DNA of 32,782 nt from an uncultured Candidatus Saccharibacteria bacterium (GTDB lineage Bacteria; Patescibacteriota; Minisyncoccia; Minisyncoccales; CG1-02-41-26), in NCBI GenBank assembly GCA_964399945.1, contig CAYNRT010000002.1, positions 1 through 32,782 of the forward strand, in the 5' to 3' direction. Below are positions 17,681 through 25,384 of the stretch, in pieces (within the stretch, counting starts at the first letter, position 1; each line of letters starts with the position of its first letter). The notes below the pieces were generated by a model. The model was given only the letters and a program-made list of their open reading frames with translations. It had not been told where the DNA came from and did not search any database. The position numbers were made by a program, and so were the translations under genes.

Positions 17681-19468
17681 ATGAAAGCCGAAGAATTAAG
17701 AAAAAAATTCTTAAATTTCTTTGCCAGTAAGGGACATAAAATTATTCCCTCAGCTTCTTTAGTCCCGCAGGATGATCCAACAGTTCTTTTTACGACAGCA
17801 GGGATGCATCCTTTAATACCCTACCTTTTAGGGCAGCCGCATCCTTTGGGAAAAAGACTGGCTAGTGTGCAGAAGTGCCTTAGAACAGGTGACATCGAAG
17901 AAGTTGGAGATGAAAGCCATCTTACATTTTTTGAGATGCTTGGCAATTGGTCATTAGGAGATTATTTCAAAAAACAGGCGATTAACTGGAGCTTTGAGTT
18001 CTTGATTACGGTTTTGGGATTGGACAAAAATAGTTTAGCGGTAAGCGTTTTTAAGGGCGATGCAGAGAACAATATTCTTAGAGATAACGAATCTGCTAAG
18101 ATTTGGCAGAGTTTAGGCATCAAACCAGAGCGTATTGCCTATTTGGGTAGAGAAGACAATTGGTGGGGGCCTGCTGGCAAGACCGGGCCTTGCGGGCCGG
18201 ATACAGAAATATTTGTTTGGACAGGAAAGAGTCCGGCACCGGAACAATTTGACCCTGAAGATAAAAATTGGCTGGAAGTCTGGAACAATGTTTTCATGGA
18301 ATACAACAAGACAAAGGAAGGAAAGCTTGTTCCTTTAGAACAGAAAAACGTGGATACAGGAATGGGACTTGAAAGGATGCTAACTGTTTTAGATAAAAAA
18401 GAAACCTTTTTTGAGACGGAAGTCTTTAAGCCTCTGGTTGAAAAAATTAAATCTTTAACTTCTCTGAAAAGCAAAGACAATAAAGGGATTAAAGACAGGG
18501 AAGCGGAGAGAGCAATAAGGATTATTGCTGATCATATGAAAGCGGCAGTTTTTATTCTAGCGGAGGGCGTGACTCCTTCAAATACGGAGCAGGGTTATGT
18601 TCTACGAAGGCTGATTAGGCGGGCAATTCGTTTTGCTGGAATTCTAGGAGTTAACAAAGGCTTCGGAGGTGGATTGGCAGAGGTGGTTATTAGTCTTTAT
18701 CGGGATTGCTATCCCGAGCTTGCCGAGAAGCAGGAATTTATTCTGCGGGAGATAGCGGTGGAAGAAGAGAGCTTCAATCGTGCTTTAACAAGGGGATTGA
18801 ATGAAATAAGGAAAATAGGGGGAAAAGAAATAAATGCTGAACAGGCATTTGATCTTTATCAAACCTATGGTTTCCCTTTGGAAATGACAAAAGAAATTGC
18901 CCGTGAAAAAGGGATGATTGTTGACGAAAAAGGTTTTCAGAAAAAACTGCGGGAACACCAGGAATTATCGCGCCAGGGAGCGGCCAAGCGCTTCCAATCC
19001 GGTTTAGCGGATTATTCGGAACAGACTATTAAATATCATACTGCTACTCATCTTCTTCAGGCTGCGCTTAGGCGGATACTAGGGGAGGAGGTGCGTCAAA
19101 TGGGTTCTAATATTACTGCAGAACGCTTGCGTTTTGATTTCTCTTTCGGCCGCAAGATGACCCCAGATGAACTTAAGAAAGTGGAGGATTTAGTCAACAG
19201 TAAGATAAAAGAGAATTTAGAGGTAAAAAAAGAAGAGATGCTGCTTAACGAGGCGTTGCAGTCAGGCGCGCTTTCTTTTTTTCGGGAAAGATATCCGGAA
19301 AAAGTGAGTGTTTATACGATTTGGAATCCTAAAAACGGAGAAGTGTTTTCAAAAGAGATATGTGCCGGGCCTCATGTTAAACATACAGCAAAAATAGGGA
19401 GGCTTAAGATAGTCAAGGAAGAAGCTTCTTCGCGCGGCATCCGGCGTATTAAAGCTGTGCTGGAATAA
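17681..19468 (+). CDS. alaS: Alanine--tRNA ligase, short form (595 aa; catalytic and editing domains present, no C-Ala domain)
   Basis: LR..FL.FF.SKGH....S.SLVP.DDPT.LFT.AGM and FFEMLGNWS.GDYFK are present. The editing motifs are HTATH (aa 453-457) and CAGPH (aa 561-565). The protein ends at GIRRIKAVLE. Confidence 0.93.
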   Translation: MKAEELRKKFLNFFASKGHKIIPSASLVPQDDPTVLFTTAGMHPLIPYLLGQPHPLGKRLASVQKCLRTGDIEEVGDESHLTFFEMLGNWSLGDYFKKQAINWSFEFLITVLGLDKNSLAVSVFKGDAENNILRDNESAKIWQSLGIKPERIAYLGREDNWWGPAGKTGPCGPDTEIFVWTGKSPAPEQFDPEDKNWLEVWNNVFMEYNKTKEGKLVPLEQKNVDTGMGLERMLTVLDKKETFFETEVFKPLVEKIKSLTSLKSKDNKGIKDREAERAIRIIADHMKAAVFILAEGVTPSNTEQGYVLRRLIRRAIRFAGILGVNKGFGGGLAEVVISLYRDCYPELAEKQEFILREIAVEEESFNRALTRGLNEIRKIGGKEINAEQAFDLYQTYGFPLEMTKEIAREKGMIVDEKGFQKKLREHQELSRQGAAKRFQSGLADYSEQTIKYHTATHLLQAALRRILGEEVRQMGSNITAERLRFDFSFGRKMTPDELKKVEDLVNSKIKENLEVKKEEMLLNEALQSGALSFFRERYPEKVSVYTIWNPKNGEVFSKEICAGPHVKHTAKIGRLKIVKEEASSRGIRRIKAVLE

Positions 19469-19550
19469 GTTTGTAATTCTTTTGAAAAGAAAAGCTGTTG
19501 TTTCCGTGATTTTATTCTGCTTTTACATTTTTTTATATTTTGTTTTTATG

Positions 19551-19559
19551 TGTTAAAAT
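19551..19559 (+). promoter_or_regulatory. Candidate extended -10 element (TGTTAAAAT) upstream of the 427-aa ORF
   Basis: A TGnTAAAAT match lies in a 190-nt AT-rich spacer, about 100 nt upstream of ATG 19659. There is no good -35. Confidence 0.25.
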
Positions 19560-19658
19560 GAAGTATTCAGAACAGCAATGCTTTTATACTTTTGAGATAT
19601 TGTTTATATTTGTGCCGCATGAGGCGCCATACGACATAAACATTAAAGATTAGTTTTT

Positions 19659-20942
19659 ATGGTTAAAAAAGTTATTGATATTATTCCTCCAGAAGAGAAC
19701 ACTTGTTTTAAAAAGGAAAAAAGACAAGCAGAGGCGAAAATGATCGGTGCTTTTAAAAAAGCGAGACCGGATAAAGATTTAGCAGAAAAAAAAAGATGGA
19801 AAGCTTTTGCTTTTGGGCTTGTTGCTTTTACATTGTCTTTATTGGCTATTTTAACTCTTTTTTACAGCAAAGCATCTTTGCGAATTAAGCCGTTTTTAGT
19901 GCAAAAGGAAATAGAAGAGGAGATTAAAGTGGATGTGTCCCAAGAAGAGTTTGATATTGAGAACAAGACTATTCCCGGCGAACTGTTTGAAGTTAAGGTT
20001 GATTTAGAAAAAAAATTTCAAACAAGCGGCGAAATTGTTGAAAGCGGTAAGGCAGAAGGAATAATTACTGTTTATAACCGGCGGGAGCCGCCGCGAGCAG
20101 TTAGATTAAGAAAAGAGACGCGTTTTCTTTCAGCTGAAAAAGAGAAAGTTTTCAGGGCAGTAGAGAAAATATATATTCCTCCGGCAACTTTTAAAAAAGG
20201 CAAGCTTGTGCCTGGATCGGCAAAAGTAAGAGTTGTTGCTGCCGAGCCTGGTGAAGACTATAATATTGGTCCCTCAAAGTTTTCCGTTCCCGGTTTGGCA
20301 GGAAGCGTTTTATACTATAGTGTTTGGGCGGAATCAGCTTCGCCAATGACCGGAGGTTATTTAAAAAAAGCAAAAGTTGTGGCGGACGAAGACATAAAAA
20401 AAGCGAAAAAAGAAATGGAAGAGGCTTTACTTGAGCGTGCTGCTGAAAAGTTGAAAGAAAGCATTCCAAAGGGCTTTGTTTTTAGTAAGGCTTCAATTTC
20501 CAATACTGATGCGCAGTTTTCCTGTAGCCCGCAAGCAGGGGGAAAAGCAGAGGTTTTTGCTTGTCGATCTGTTATGACAGCGAAGACTCTTTGCTTTAAA
20601 TTCAGTTATTTGAGCAAATTTGCCGAATTAAAATTAAAGGATTCTTTAAGGCCAGGAGAGAAACTTGCTCCAGGAACCGTGGAAATTGTTTTTTCACCCA
20701 AAAATGCTCTATCTGTTTCCGGGAAACTGATTCTTCGGCTAAAAGTAAAATTTAAAGTATATAAAGAAATCCCTGAGAAAAAAATTATTTCAGCAGTAAA
20801 AGGACTTTCCAAAAAAGAAATAAAACAACAAATGGGTTTAAATTATCCCGAGGGAAGCCTGTTAAGTGTGCGTTTCTTTCCTTTCTGGCTTTTGAAGGCC
20901 CCTAAAAACCCTGAAAGGATAAAAATAGAATTGACATTTTGA
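19659..20942 (+). CDS. Membrane-anchored protein of unknown function (short N-terminal cytoplasmic segment, one TM helix, extracytoplasmic domain of about 360 aa)
   Basis: The long ORF has normal composition. The TM segment is WKAFAFGLVAFTLSLLAILTLFY (roughly aa 47-69). I recognise no catalytic motif. Confidence 0.7.
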   Translation: MVKKVIDIIPPEENTCFKKEKRQAEAKMIGAFKKARPDKDLAEKKRWKAFAFGLVAFTLSLLAILTLFYSKASLRIKPFLVQKEIEEEIKVDVSQEEFDIENKTIPGELFEVKVDLEKKFQTSGEIVESGKAEGIITVYNRREPPRAVRLRKETRFLSAEKEKVFRAVEKIYIPPATFKKGKLVPGSAKVRVVAAEPGEDYNIGPSKFSVPGLAGSVLYYSVWAESASPMTGGYLKKAKVVADEDIKKAKKEMEEALLERAAEKLKESIPKGFVFSKASISNTDAQFSCSPQAGGKAEVFACRSVMTAKTLCFKFSYLSKFAELKLKDSLRPGEKLAPGTVEIVFSPKNALSVSGKLILRLKVKFKVYKEIPEKKIISAVKGLSKKEIKQQMGLNYPEGSLLSVRFFPFWLLKAPKNPERIKIELTF

Positions 20943-20986
20943 AACTCATTTGTTATGCTTTTAATTAGCCTGCTTTAAGGCTGTCC

Positions 20987-21205
20987 ATGAAAGAGAAAAA
21001 AAACAAAGAAAAGGGAATTGTAAGCGAAGCTCTGCCTGGGCTTTTGTTCCGTGTTAAACTTGATAACGGAAAAGAGATTTTAGCCCATTTAGGTGGGAAA
21101 ATGAAAATGTTTCGTATAAGGGTTTTTCCGGGCGATAGAGTTGTGGTGGAAACGAGTCAGTATGACGACAGCCGCGGTATAATTGTTTATAGGCTTAAAT
21201 CTTGA
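20987..21205 (+). CDS. infA: Translation initiation factor IF-1
   Basis: G.V.E.LP...FRV.L.NG.E.LAH..GKM.....R...GD.V.VE.S.YD..RG.I..R. Confidence 0.95.
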   Translation: MKEKKNKEKGIVSEALPGLLFRVKLDNGKEILAHLGGKMKMFRIRVFPGDRVVVETSQYDDSRGIIVYRLKS

Positions 21206-21223
21206 TAGTTTGCTTTAAATTAT

Positions 21224-21340
21224 ATGAAAGTGCGTCCATCGGTAAAAAAAATTTGCAATAAATGTAAGATAGTCCGCAGAAAGGGAAAGGTTTATGTTAT
21301 ATGTGAGAATCCGCGGCACAAGCAAAGGCAGGGAAAATAG
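21224..21340 (+). CDS. rpmJ: 50S ribosomal protein L36 (38 aa; not in the ORF track)
   Basis: My own translation gives [38 protein letters not shown], the classic L36 sequence with C..C...C....H zinc ligands. Confidence 0.95.
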   Translation: MKVRPSVKKICNKCKIVRRKGKVYVICENPRHKQRQGK

Positions 21341-21401
21341 TCTTGTAGACCTGCAGGACTTATTTAAACAAGCAGTTTAGTTATTTTTTTATTTTTCATT
21401 T

Positions 21402-21794
21402 ATGCTTCGAATTGCCGGCACGCTTATGCCGGAAGAAAAACATATAGAGATAGCCCTTACCTATGTTTACGGCATAGGTCGTTCTTTAGCTAAGAAAATT
21501 TTAAGCGAGGCAGGGGTTGAAGGTTCGAAAAAAGTTAAAGATCTTCAAGAGGAGGAAATAAGTCGTATAAGGGCGGCAATTGAAGGGAAGTACAAGGTTG
21601 AGGGAGATTTAAAAAGGGAGATTATAAGTAATATTCGGCGATTAAAGCAAATACGTTGCTGGCGCGGATTGCGGCACATAAAAAAACTGCCGGTGAGAGG
21701 GCAAAAAACAGAAAAGAATGCCAGAACAGCGCGTGGAAATGTTAAGAGAACATCAGTGGCTTTTGGCAAGAAGAAAGCGCCAGCCCGGAAATAA
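21402..21794 (+). CDS. rpsM: 30S ribosomal protein S13
   Basis: M.RIAG...P..K..EIALTY.YGIG and I..L..I..WRG.RH...LPVRGQ.T..NART. Confidence 0.95.
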   Translation: MLRIAGTLMPEEKHIEIALTYVYGIGRSLAKKILSEAGVEGSKKVKDLQEEEISRIRAAIEGKYKVEGDLKREIISNIRRLKQIRCWRGLRHIKKLPVRGQKTEKNARTARGNVKRTSVAFGKKKAPARK

Positions 21795-21822
21795 TAAATC
21801 CTATTTTTTTTAATAAAAGCAT

Positions 21823-22275
21823 ATGGGCAAGAAACGAGTTATAAAAAAAACAGAGGAAGAGTTAATAAAGGAGACAGAAAAAGTTGAACAGAAGATGAAG
21901 AAGGCGGTTTCTGTTAAGAAAAGCTCGGAGGCTGGAGAAGGAAAAATTTATATTTCTTCCACTTACAACAATACCATTATTTCCTTGACTAACAAAAAAG
22001 GAGAAGTGCTGGTTTGGCGTTCAGCGGGAAGTGTAGGGTTTAAGGGGACAAAAAAAGGAACTTCTTATGCCGCTTCAAAAGTTGCCCAATCAATAGCTGA
22101 AGCTTGCCGAAAGCTTAGAATAAGAGAAGTTGATGTTTTTGTAAAAGGTGTTGGCGGTGGCCGGGACAGCTCGCTTAAAACACTGGCAAACCAGGGATTG
22201 GAATTCAGGAGCATTAAAGACATAACTCCTATTCCTCATAATGGCTGTCGGCCGCGTAAGCCAAGACGCGTATAA
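21823..22275 (+). CDS. rpsK: 30S ribosomal protein S11 (with a short charged N-terminal extension)
   Basis: G...I.S..NNT....T...G......S.G..GFKG..K.T.YAA and D.TPIPHNGCRP.K.RR. Confidence 0.95.
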   Translation: MGKKRVIKKTEEELIKETEKVEQKMKKAVSVKKSSEAGEGKIYISSTYNNTIISLTNKKGEVLVWRSAGSVGFKGTKKGTSYAASKVAQSIAEACRKLRIREVDVFVKGVGGGRDSSLKTLANQGLEFRSIKDITPIPHNGCRPRKPRRV

Positions 22276-22296
22276 TTTTTTGTGGCCGCAAAAAAT

Positions 22297-22926
22297 ATGA
22301 AGATAAAGCAGTGCCGAATATGTCGGCGAATGAATCAAAAATTATTTTTAAAGGGAGAGAAATGTTCTTCGCCTAAATGCCCTTTGATTAAAAGACCTTA
22401 TTCTCCGGGGGAAAAGCCGAAAAAGCGGAGAGGAGGTTTTTCTGAGTATAAAAAAGAGCTGTTGGAAAAGCAAAAACTGCGTCTCTGGTATGGGCTTTCG
22501 GAAAAGCAATTTAAAATTTATATCAAAAAAATTCTGAAAAAGAGAGGACGGGAAGAAGATGCTTCTTCAAAACTGATAAAAACTTTAGAGAAAAGATTGG
22601 ATAATGTTGTTTTCAGGTTAGGTTTTGCTTCTTCGCGAAGACAAGCACGGCAATTGGTAAGCCACAGCAATTTTTTAGTTAATGGCAAGCCTGTTAATGT
22701 ACCCTCCTATCAAGTTAGACAGGGAGATGTTATATCTTTAAAGGAGCAAAAAAAGAAAAAAGCTTTTTTTAAAAAAGTTTTGTCTTCTTTAAAAAAAAAT
22801 CAGCCAATGTCTTGGCTGGAGCTTGATAAGGAAAAATTAAGCGGAAAAGTGATTGGCGAACCAAACATTGAGGAAACCGGAGCACCGGCAGAAGTGTCAT
22901 CCATATTTGAATATTATTCGCGTTAA
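22297..22926 (+). CDS. rpsD: 30S ribosomal protein S4 (zinc-binding form)
   Basis: CRICRR...KLFLKGEKC..PKC and S4-domain motifs (RLDNVVFRLGFA.SR.QARQLV.H..F.VNGK.VN.PSY.V..GD.I) are present. ATG 22297 was preferred to GTG 22282. Confidence 0.93.
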   Translation: MKIKQCRICRRMNQKLFLKGEKCSSPKCPLIKRPYSPGEKPKKRRGGFSEYKKELLEKQKLRLWYGLSEKQFKIYIKKILKKRGREEDASSKLIKTLEKRLDNVVFRLGFASSRRQARQLVSHSNFLVNGKPVNVPSYQVRQGDVISLKEQKKKKAFFKKVLSSLKKNQPMSWLELDKEKLSGKVIGEPNIEETGAPAEVSSIFEYYSR

Positions 22927-22968
22927 AGGTTTTTGTAGTTGGTGCAAAGGTTATCCTGATTTTTAATT

Positions 22969-22996
22969 TTTACAGCAGATGTGAATTTAATAAAAT
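22969..22996 (+). promoter_or_regulatory. Candidate internal promoter upstream of rpoA (TTTACA-16 nt-TAAAAT)
   Basis: The hexamers lie at 22969-22974 and 22991-22996 in the 97-nt AT-rich rpsD-rpoA spacer. Confidence 0.25.
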
Positions 22997-23023
22997 ATAC
23001 ATATAAAAAATAAAAACGTATAT

Positions 23024-23965
23024 ATGATTCCATTGCCAATTAAATTTAATATTACAAAGGAAAGCGAAAACAAGGCTGTCTTCGAAATCAGCCCTCTTTA
23101 TACAACATACGGGGTAACCGTAGGGAACGCTTTGAGGCGTGTTCTTTTATCCTCTATGAGCGGTTACGCCATAACGCAAGTTAAGATAAAAGGTGTTTTG
23201 CATGAATTTTCTACTCTTCCGGGAATATTGGAGGATATACCTATTGTTCTGGTTAATTTAAGAAAATTAAGGTTTAAATGCTTTAGCGATGAGCCGCAAA
23301 CAGTTACTCTTTCAGTAAAAGGGGAAAGGAAAGCTAAAGGAGCGGATTTTAAGTTAAACCCGCAAGTAAAACTGGCTAATCCGGAACAGCATATAGCCAC
23401 CTTAACTTCGAGCAAAGCAGAATTGTCTATTGAGGCGAAAATTGAAAAGGGGTTTGGTTATGTGCGCGTTGAGGATAGGGAAGAAAAAAAAGCAGAAGCA
23501 GGCACTATTTATATAGATTCCATATTTAATCCTGTAAAAAGGGTAAGTTATAAGATTGAAAATATGATTGTTGGAAAAAGGACTGACTTTGAAAGGTTAA
23601 AACTTAAGGTTGAGACTGATGGTACAGCCAGTCCGGAGGAGGTTTTTTATGAAGCGGTTGAAATTTTGATGAACCACCTTTCCATTTGCGCAAAGCCTTT
23701 ATCCAAAGAAAGCAGTACGGAAGAACAGCAAAAAGCTGTTGTAAAAACAAAGGAAAAAGAGAAGGAAGCTAAAAAAAAGAAAGTAGAAGATTTGAAAATT
23801 CCGGCAAAAACTCAAAAAGCCTTATTAAAAGCAGGAATTAAAACTTGCGCTGGCCTTTTGCAGAAGACAAAGGAGAAAATATTGTCTTTGGACGGAATTG
23901 GCAAGAAGGAGTTGAAAGATATAGAAAAAGCGCTTAAGGCGGAAGGTTTAAGTCTGAAAAACTAA
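23024..23965 (+). CDS. rpoA: DNA-directed RNA polymerase subunit alpha (short CTD after a K/E-rich linker)
   Basis: N-terminal-domain motifs are present (F.I.PL..GYG.T.GNALRR.LLSS..G.A, G.A.L..E.KI.KG.GY). The C-terminal HhH-like segment is LSLDGIGKKELKDIEKAL. Confidence 0.94.
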   Translation: MIPLPIKFNITKESENKAVFEISPLYTTYGVTVGNALRRVLLSSMSGYAITQVKIKGVLHEFSTLPGILEDIPIVLVNLRKLRFKCFSDEPQTVTLSVKGERKAKGADFKLNPQVKLANPEQHIATLTSSKAELSIEAKIEKGFGYVRVEDREEKKAEAGTIYIDSIFNPVKRVSYKIENMIVGKRTDFERLKLKVETDGTASPEEVFYEAVEILMNHLSICAKPLSKESSTEEQQKAVVKTKEKEKEAKKKKVEDLKIPAKTQKALLKAGIKTCAGLLQKTKEKILSLDGIGKKELKDIEKALKAEGLSLKN

Positions 23966-23977
23966 ATCAGTAAAAAT

Positions 23978-24343
23978 ATGAGAAAACTTAAAAAGGGAAA
24001 AAGATTTTCACGAACATCAAGCCAAAGGAAAGCTTTATTGCAGAGTTTAAGCGCTAGCCTTTTCTTGAAAGAAAAAATTTTGACGACAAAAGCAAAAGCT
24101 AAGGAAACAGCAAGGATTGCCGAAAAAATGATTACAACTGCCCGCCGGGGGGATTTAGCGGCAAGAAGAAGGCTCCTTAGAAAACTTCCGGAAAAGGTTG
24201 TTAAAAAACTTATAGATGAAATTGCTCCGCGCTATAAAGGTAGGAGCGGCGGCTATACGCGGATTATAAAAATAGGGAGGCGGTCTTCCGACAGCGCTGA
24301 GAGAGCGGTACTGGAATTGGTAGAGCGCCGCAAGCGTCCTTAA
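23978..24343 (+). CDS. rplQ: 50S ribosomal protein L17
   Basis: LGR...QRKALL..L...L......I.TT..KAKE and GGYTRI.K.G.R..D.A. Confidence 0.93.
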   Translation: MRKLKKGKRFSRTSSQRKALLQSLSASLFLKEKILTTKAKAKETARIAEKMITTARRGDLAARRRLLRKLPEKVVKKLIDEIAPRYKGRSGGYTRIIKIGRRSSDSAERAVLELVERRKRP

Positions 24344-24351
24344 TTTACTTT

Positions 24352-24744
24352 ATGTCCAAGAAAAGCGAAATTAAAAAAACAAACCAACAAAAAGGAGAAA
24401 AGGTGATTGTAGTAAAGGCGGCGGGAAAGCCGTTGGGGCGATTGGCTGTTGAAATTGCCGGAATTTTAAGAGGCAAAAATCAGCCTGATTTTTCTCCCCA
24501 TAAGGATAGTGGATATTTTGTAAAGGTAGAAGGAGTAGAGAAGATAAAAATAACTGGAGGAAAGCTGAAAAAAAAGATATATTTTCACCATAGCGGTTGG
24601 CCCGGAGGCTTTAAGAAAGAAACAATGGAAGAAGTGCTTGAAAAAAAGGGGGCAGGAGAACTTTTAAGGAGAGCTGTCTGGGGCATGCTTCCTAAAAACA
24701 AACTTCGCCGGCGCCAAATTAAAAGATTATTGATAAACGATTAA
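24352..24744 (+). CDS. rplM: 50S ribosomal protein L13
   Basis: GRLA..IA..LRGK..P.F.PH.D.G..V and HSG.PGG.K...MLPKN.L are present, with rpsI as the downstream neighbour. Confidence 0.92.
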   Translation: MSKKSEIKKTNQQKGEKVIVVKAAGKPLGRLAVEIAGILRGKNQPDFSPHKDSGYFVKVEGVEKIKITGGKLKKKIYFHHSGWPGGFKKETMEEVLEKKGAGELLRRAVWGMLPKNKLRRRQIKRLLIND

Positions 24745-24765
24745 CAGTAAAAAAATAGCAGGAAT

Positions 24766-25377
24766 ATGCCTGAAAAAACAAACAAAAGTTCAAACAAAGC
24801 AACACCTAAAAAAGAGAAAGGGGTAGCCAAGAAGAAAGCAAAGCCAGTGAAAAAGGAAGGTAAAAAGACAGAAAAAAGAAAAGTAAGGGCCGAAAAGAAG
24901 ACTGTTCAAAAAAGAGATGTAGGCTCTGCAAAAGCGGTTAAAGGGACTGCCGAAAGTCTTCAGGGAAAAGAAGAGAAAAAATTAAAAGATCGCTACCTTG
25001 AAGCTGTTGGTCGCCGGAAAACAGCAGTTGCCAGAGTAAGGCTTTTTACTTCAGGAAAAAGCGAAATTATTGTTAATGGGAAAAAATATAAAGATTATTT
25101 TCCAACGCTTCTTTTGCAGAAGGCGGTTGAGGCGCCATTGGAAAAAATAAGTTGTTTGGATAAGTTCCGCTTTACGATAAAAATAAGCGGCGGAGGAATT
25201 TCAGGACAGGCAGAAGCCTGCCGTCACGGAATAGCCAGAACTCTTGTTGCTCTGAATCCTTATTTCAGAAAAAGACTTAAAAAAGCCGGCTTTTTAACAA
25301 GGGATTCTCGCGCAAAGGAACGTAAGAAATTCGGACTTAAGCGCGCCCGTAAAGCTCCTCAATGGAGTAAGCGTTAA
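24766..25377 (+). CDS. rpsI: 30S ribosomal protein S9 with an N-terminal K-rich extension of about 75 aa
   Basis: The S9 core runs from ...AVGRRKTAVARVRL..G.G.I.VNGK....YF to GGG..GQAEA.RHGIAR.L......R..LK..GFLTRD.R.KERKK.G...ARK..Q.SKR. No internal ATG precedes the core. Confidence 0.92.
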   Translation: MPEKTNKSSNKATPKKEKGVAKKKAKPVKKEGKKTEKRKVRAEKKTVQKRDVGSAKAVKGTAESLQGKEEKKLKDRYLEAVGRRKTAVARVRLFTSGKSEIIVNGKKYKDYFPTLLLQKAVEAPLEKISCLDKFRFTIKISGGGISGQAEACRHGIARTLVALNPYFRKRLKKAGFLTRDSRAKERKKFGLKRARKAPQWSKR

Positions 25378-25384
25378 TTTTCTT

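Noticed and set aside
19476-19490. A 15-nt palindrome TTCTTTTGAAAAGAA just after the alaS stop, as a possible operator or terminator.
   Set aside because: It is almost all A/T with a 1-nt centre. It is too weak to act as an RNA hairpin, and palindromes of this size are expected by chance in AT-rich spacers.
19558-19653. A 31-codon upstream ORF (MKYSEQQCFYTFEILFIFVPHEAPYDINIKD) ending 5 nt before the 427-aa gene. It could be a leader peptide.
   Set aside because: It lacks the T at -1 and has no SD. It overlaps the only decent -10 element in the spacer, and an AT-rich spacer easily yields such frames by chance. Comparative data would be needed to revive it.
21341-21401. The CCTGCAGG palindrome and short CTTGT...ACAAG complementarity in the rpmJ-rpsM spacer, as a possible S4-binding alpha-operon leader.
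   Set aside because: The helices are only 4-5 bp, and the 8-bp palindrome leaves no loop. I cannot support a pseudoknot like the E. coli S4 target from the sequence alone.
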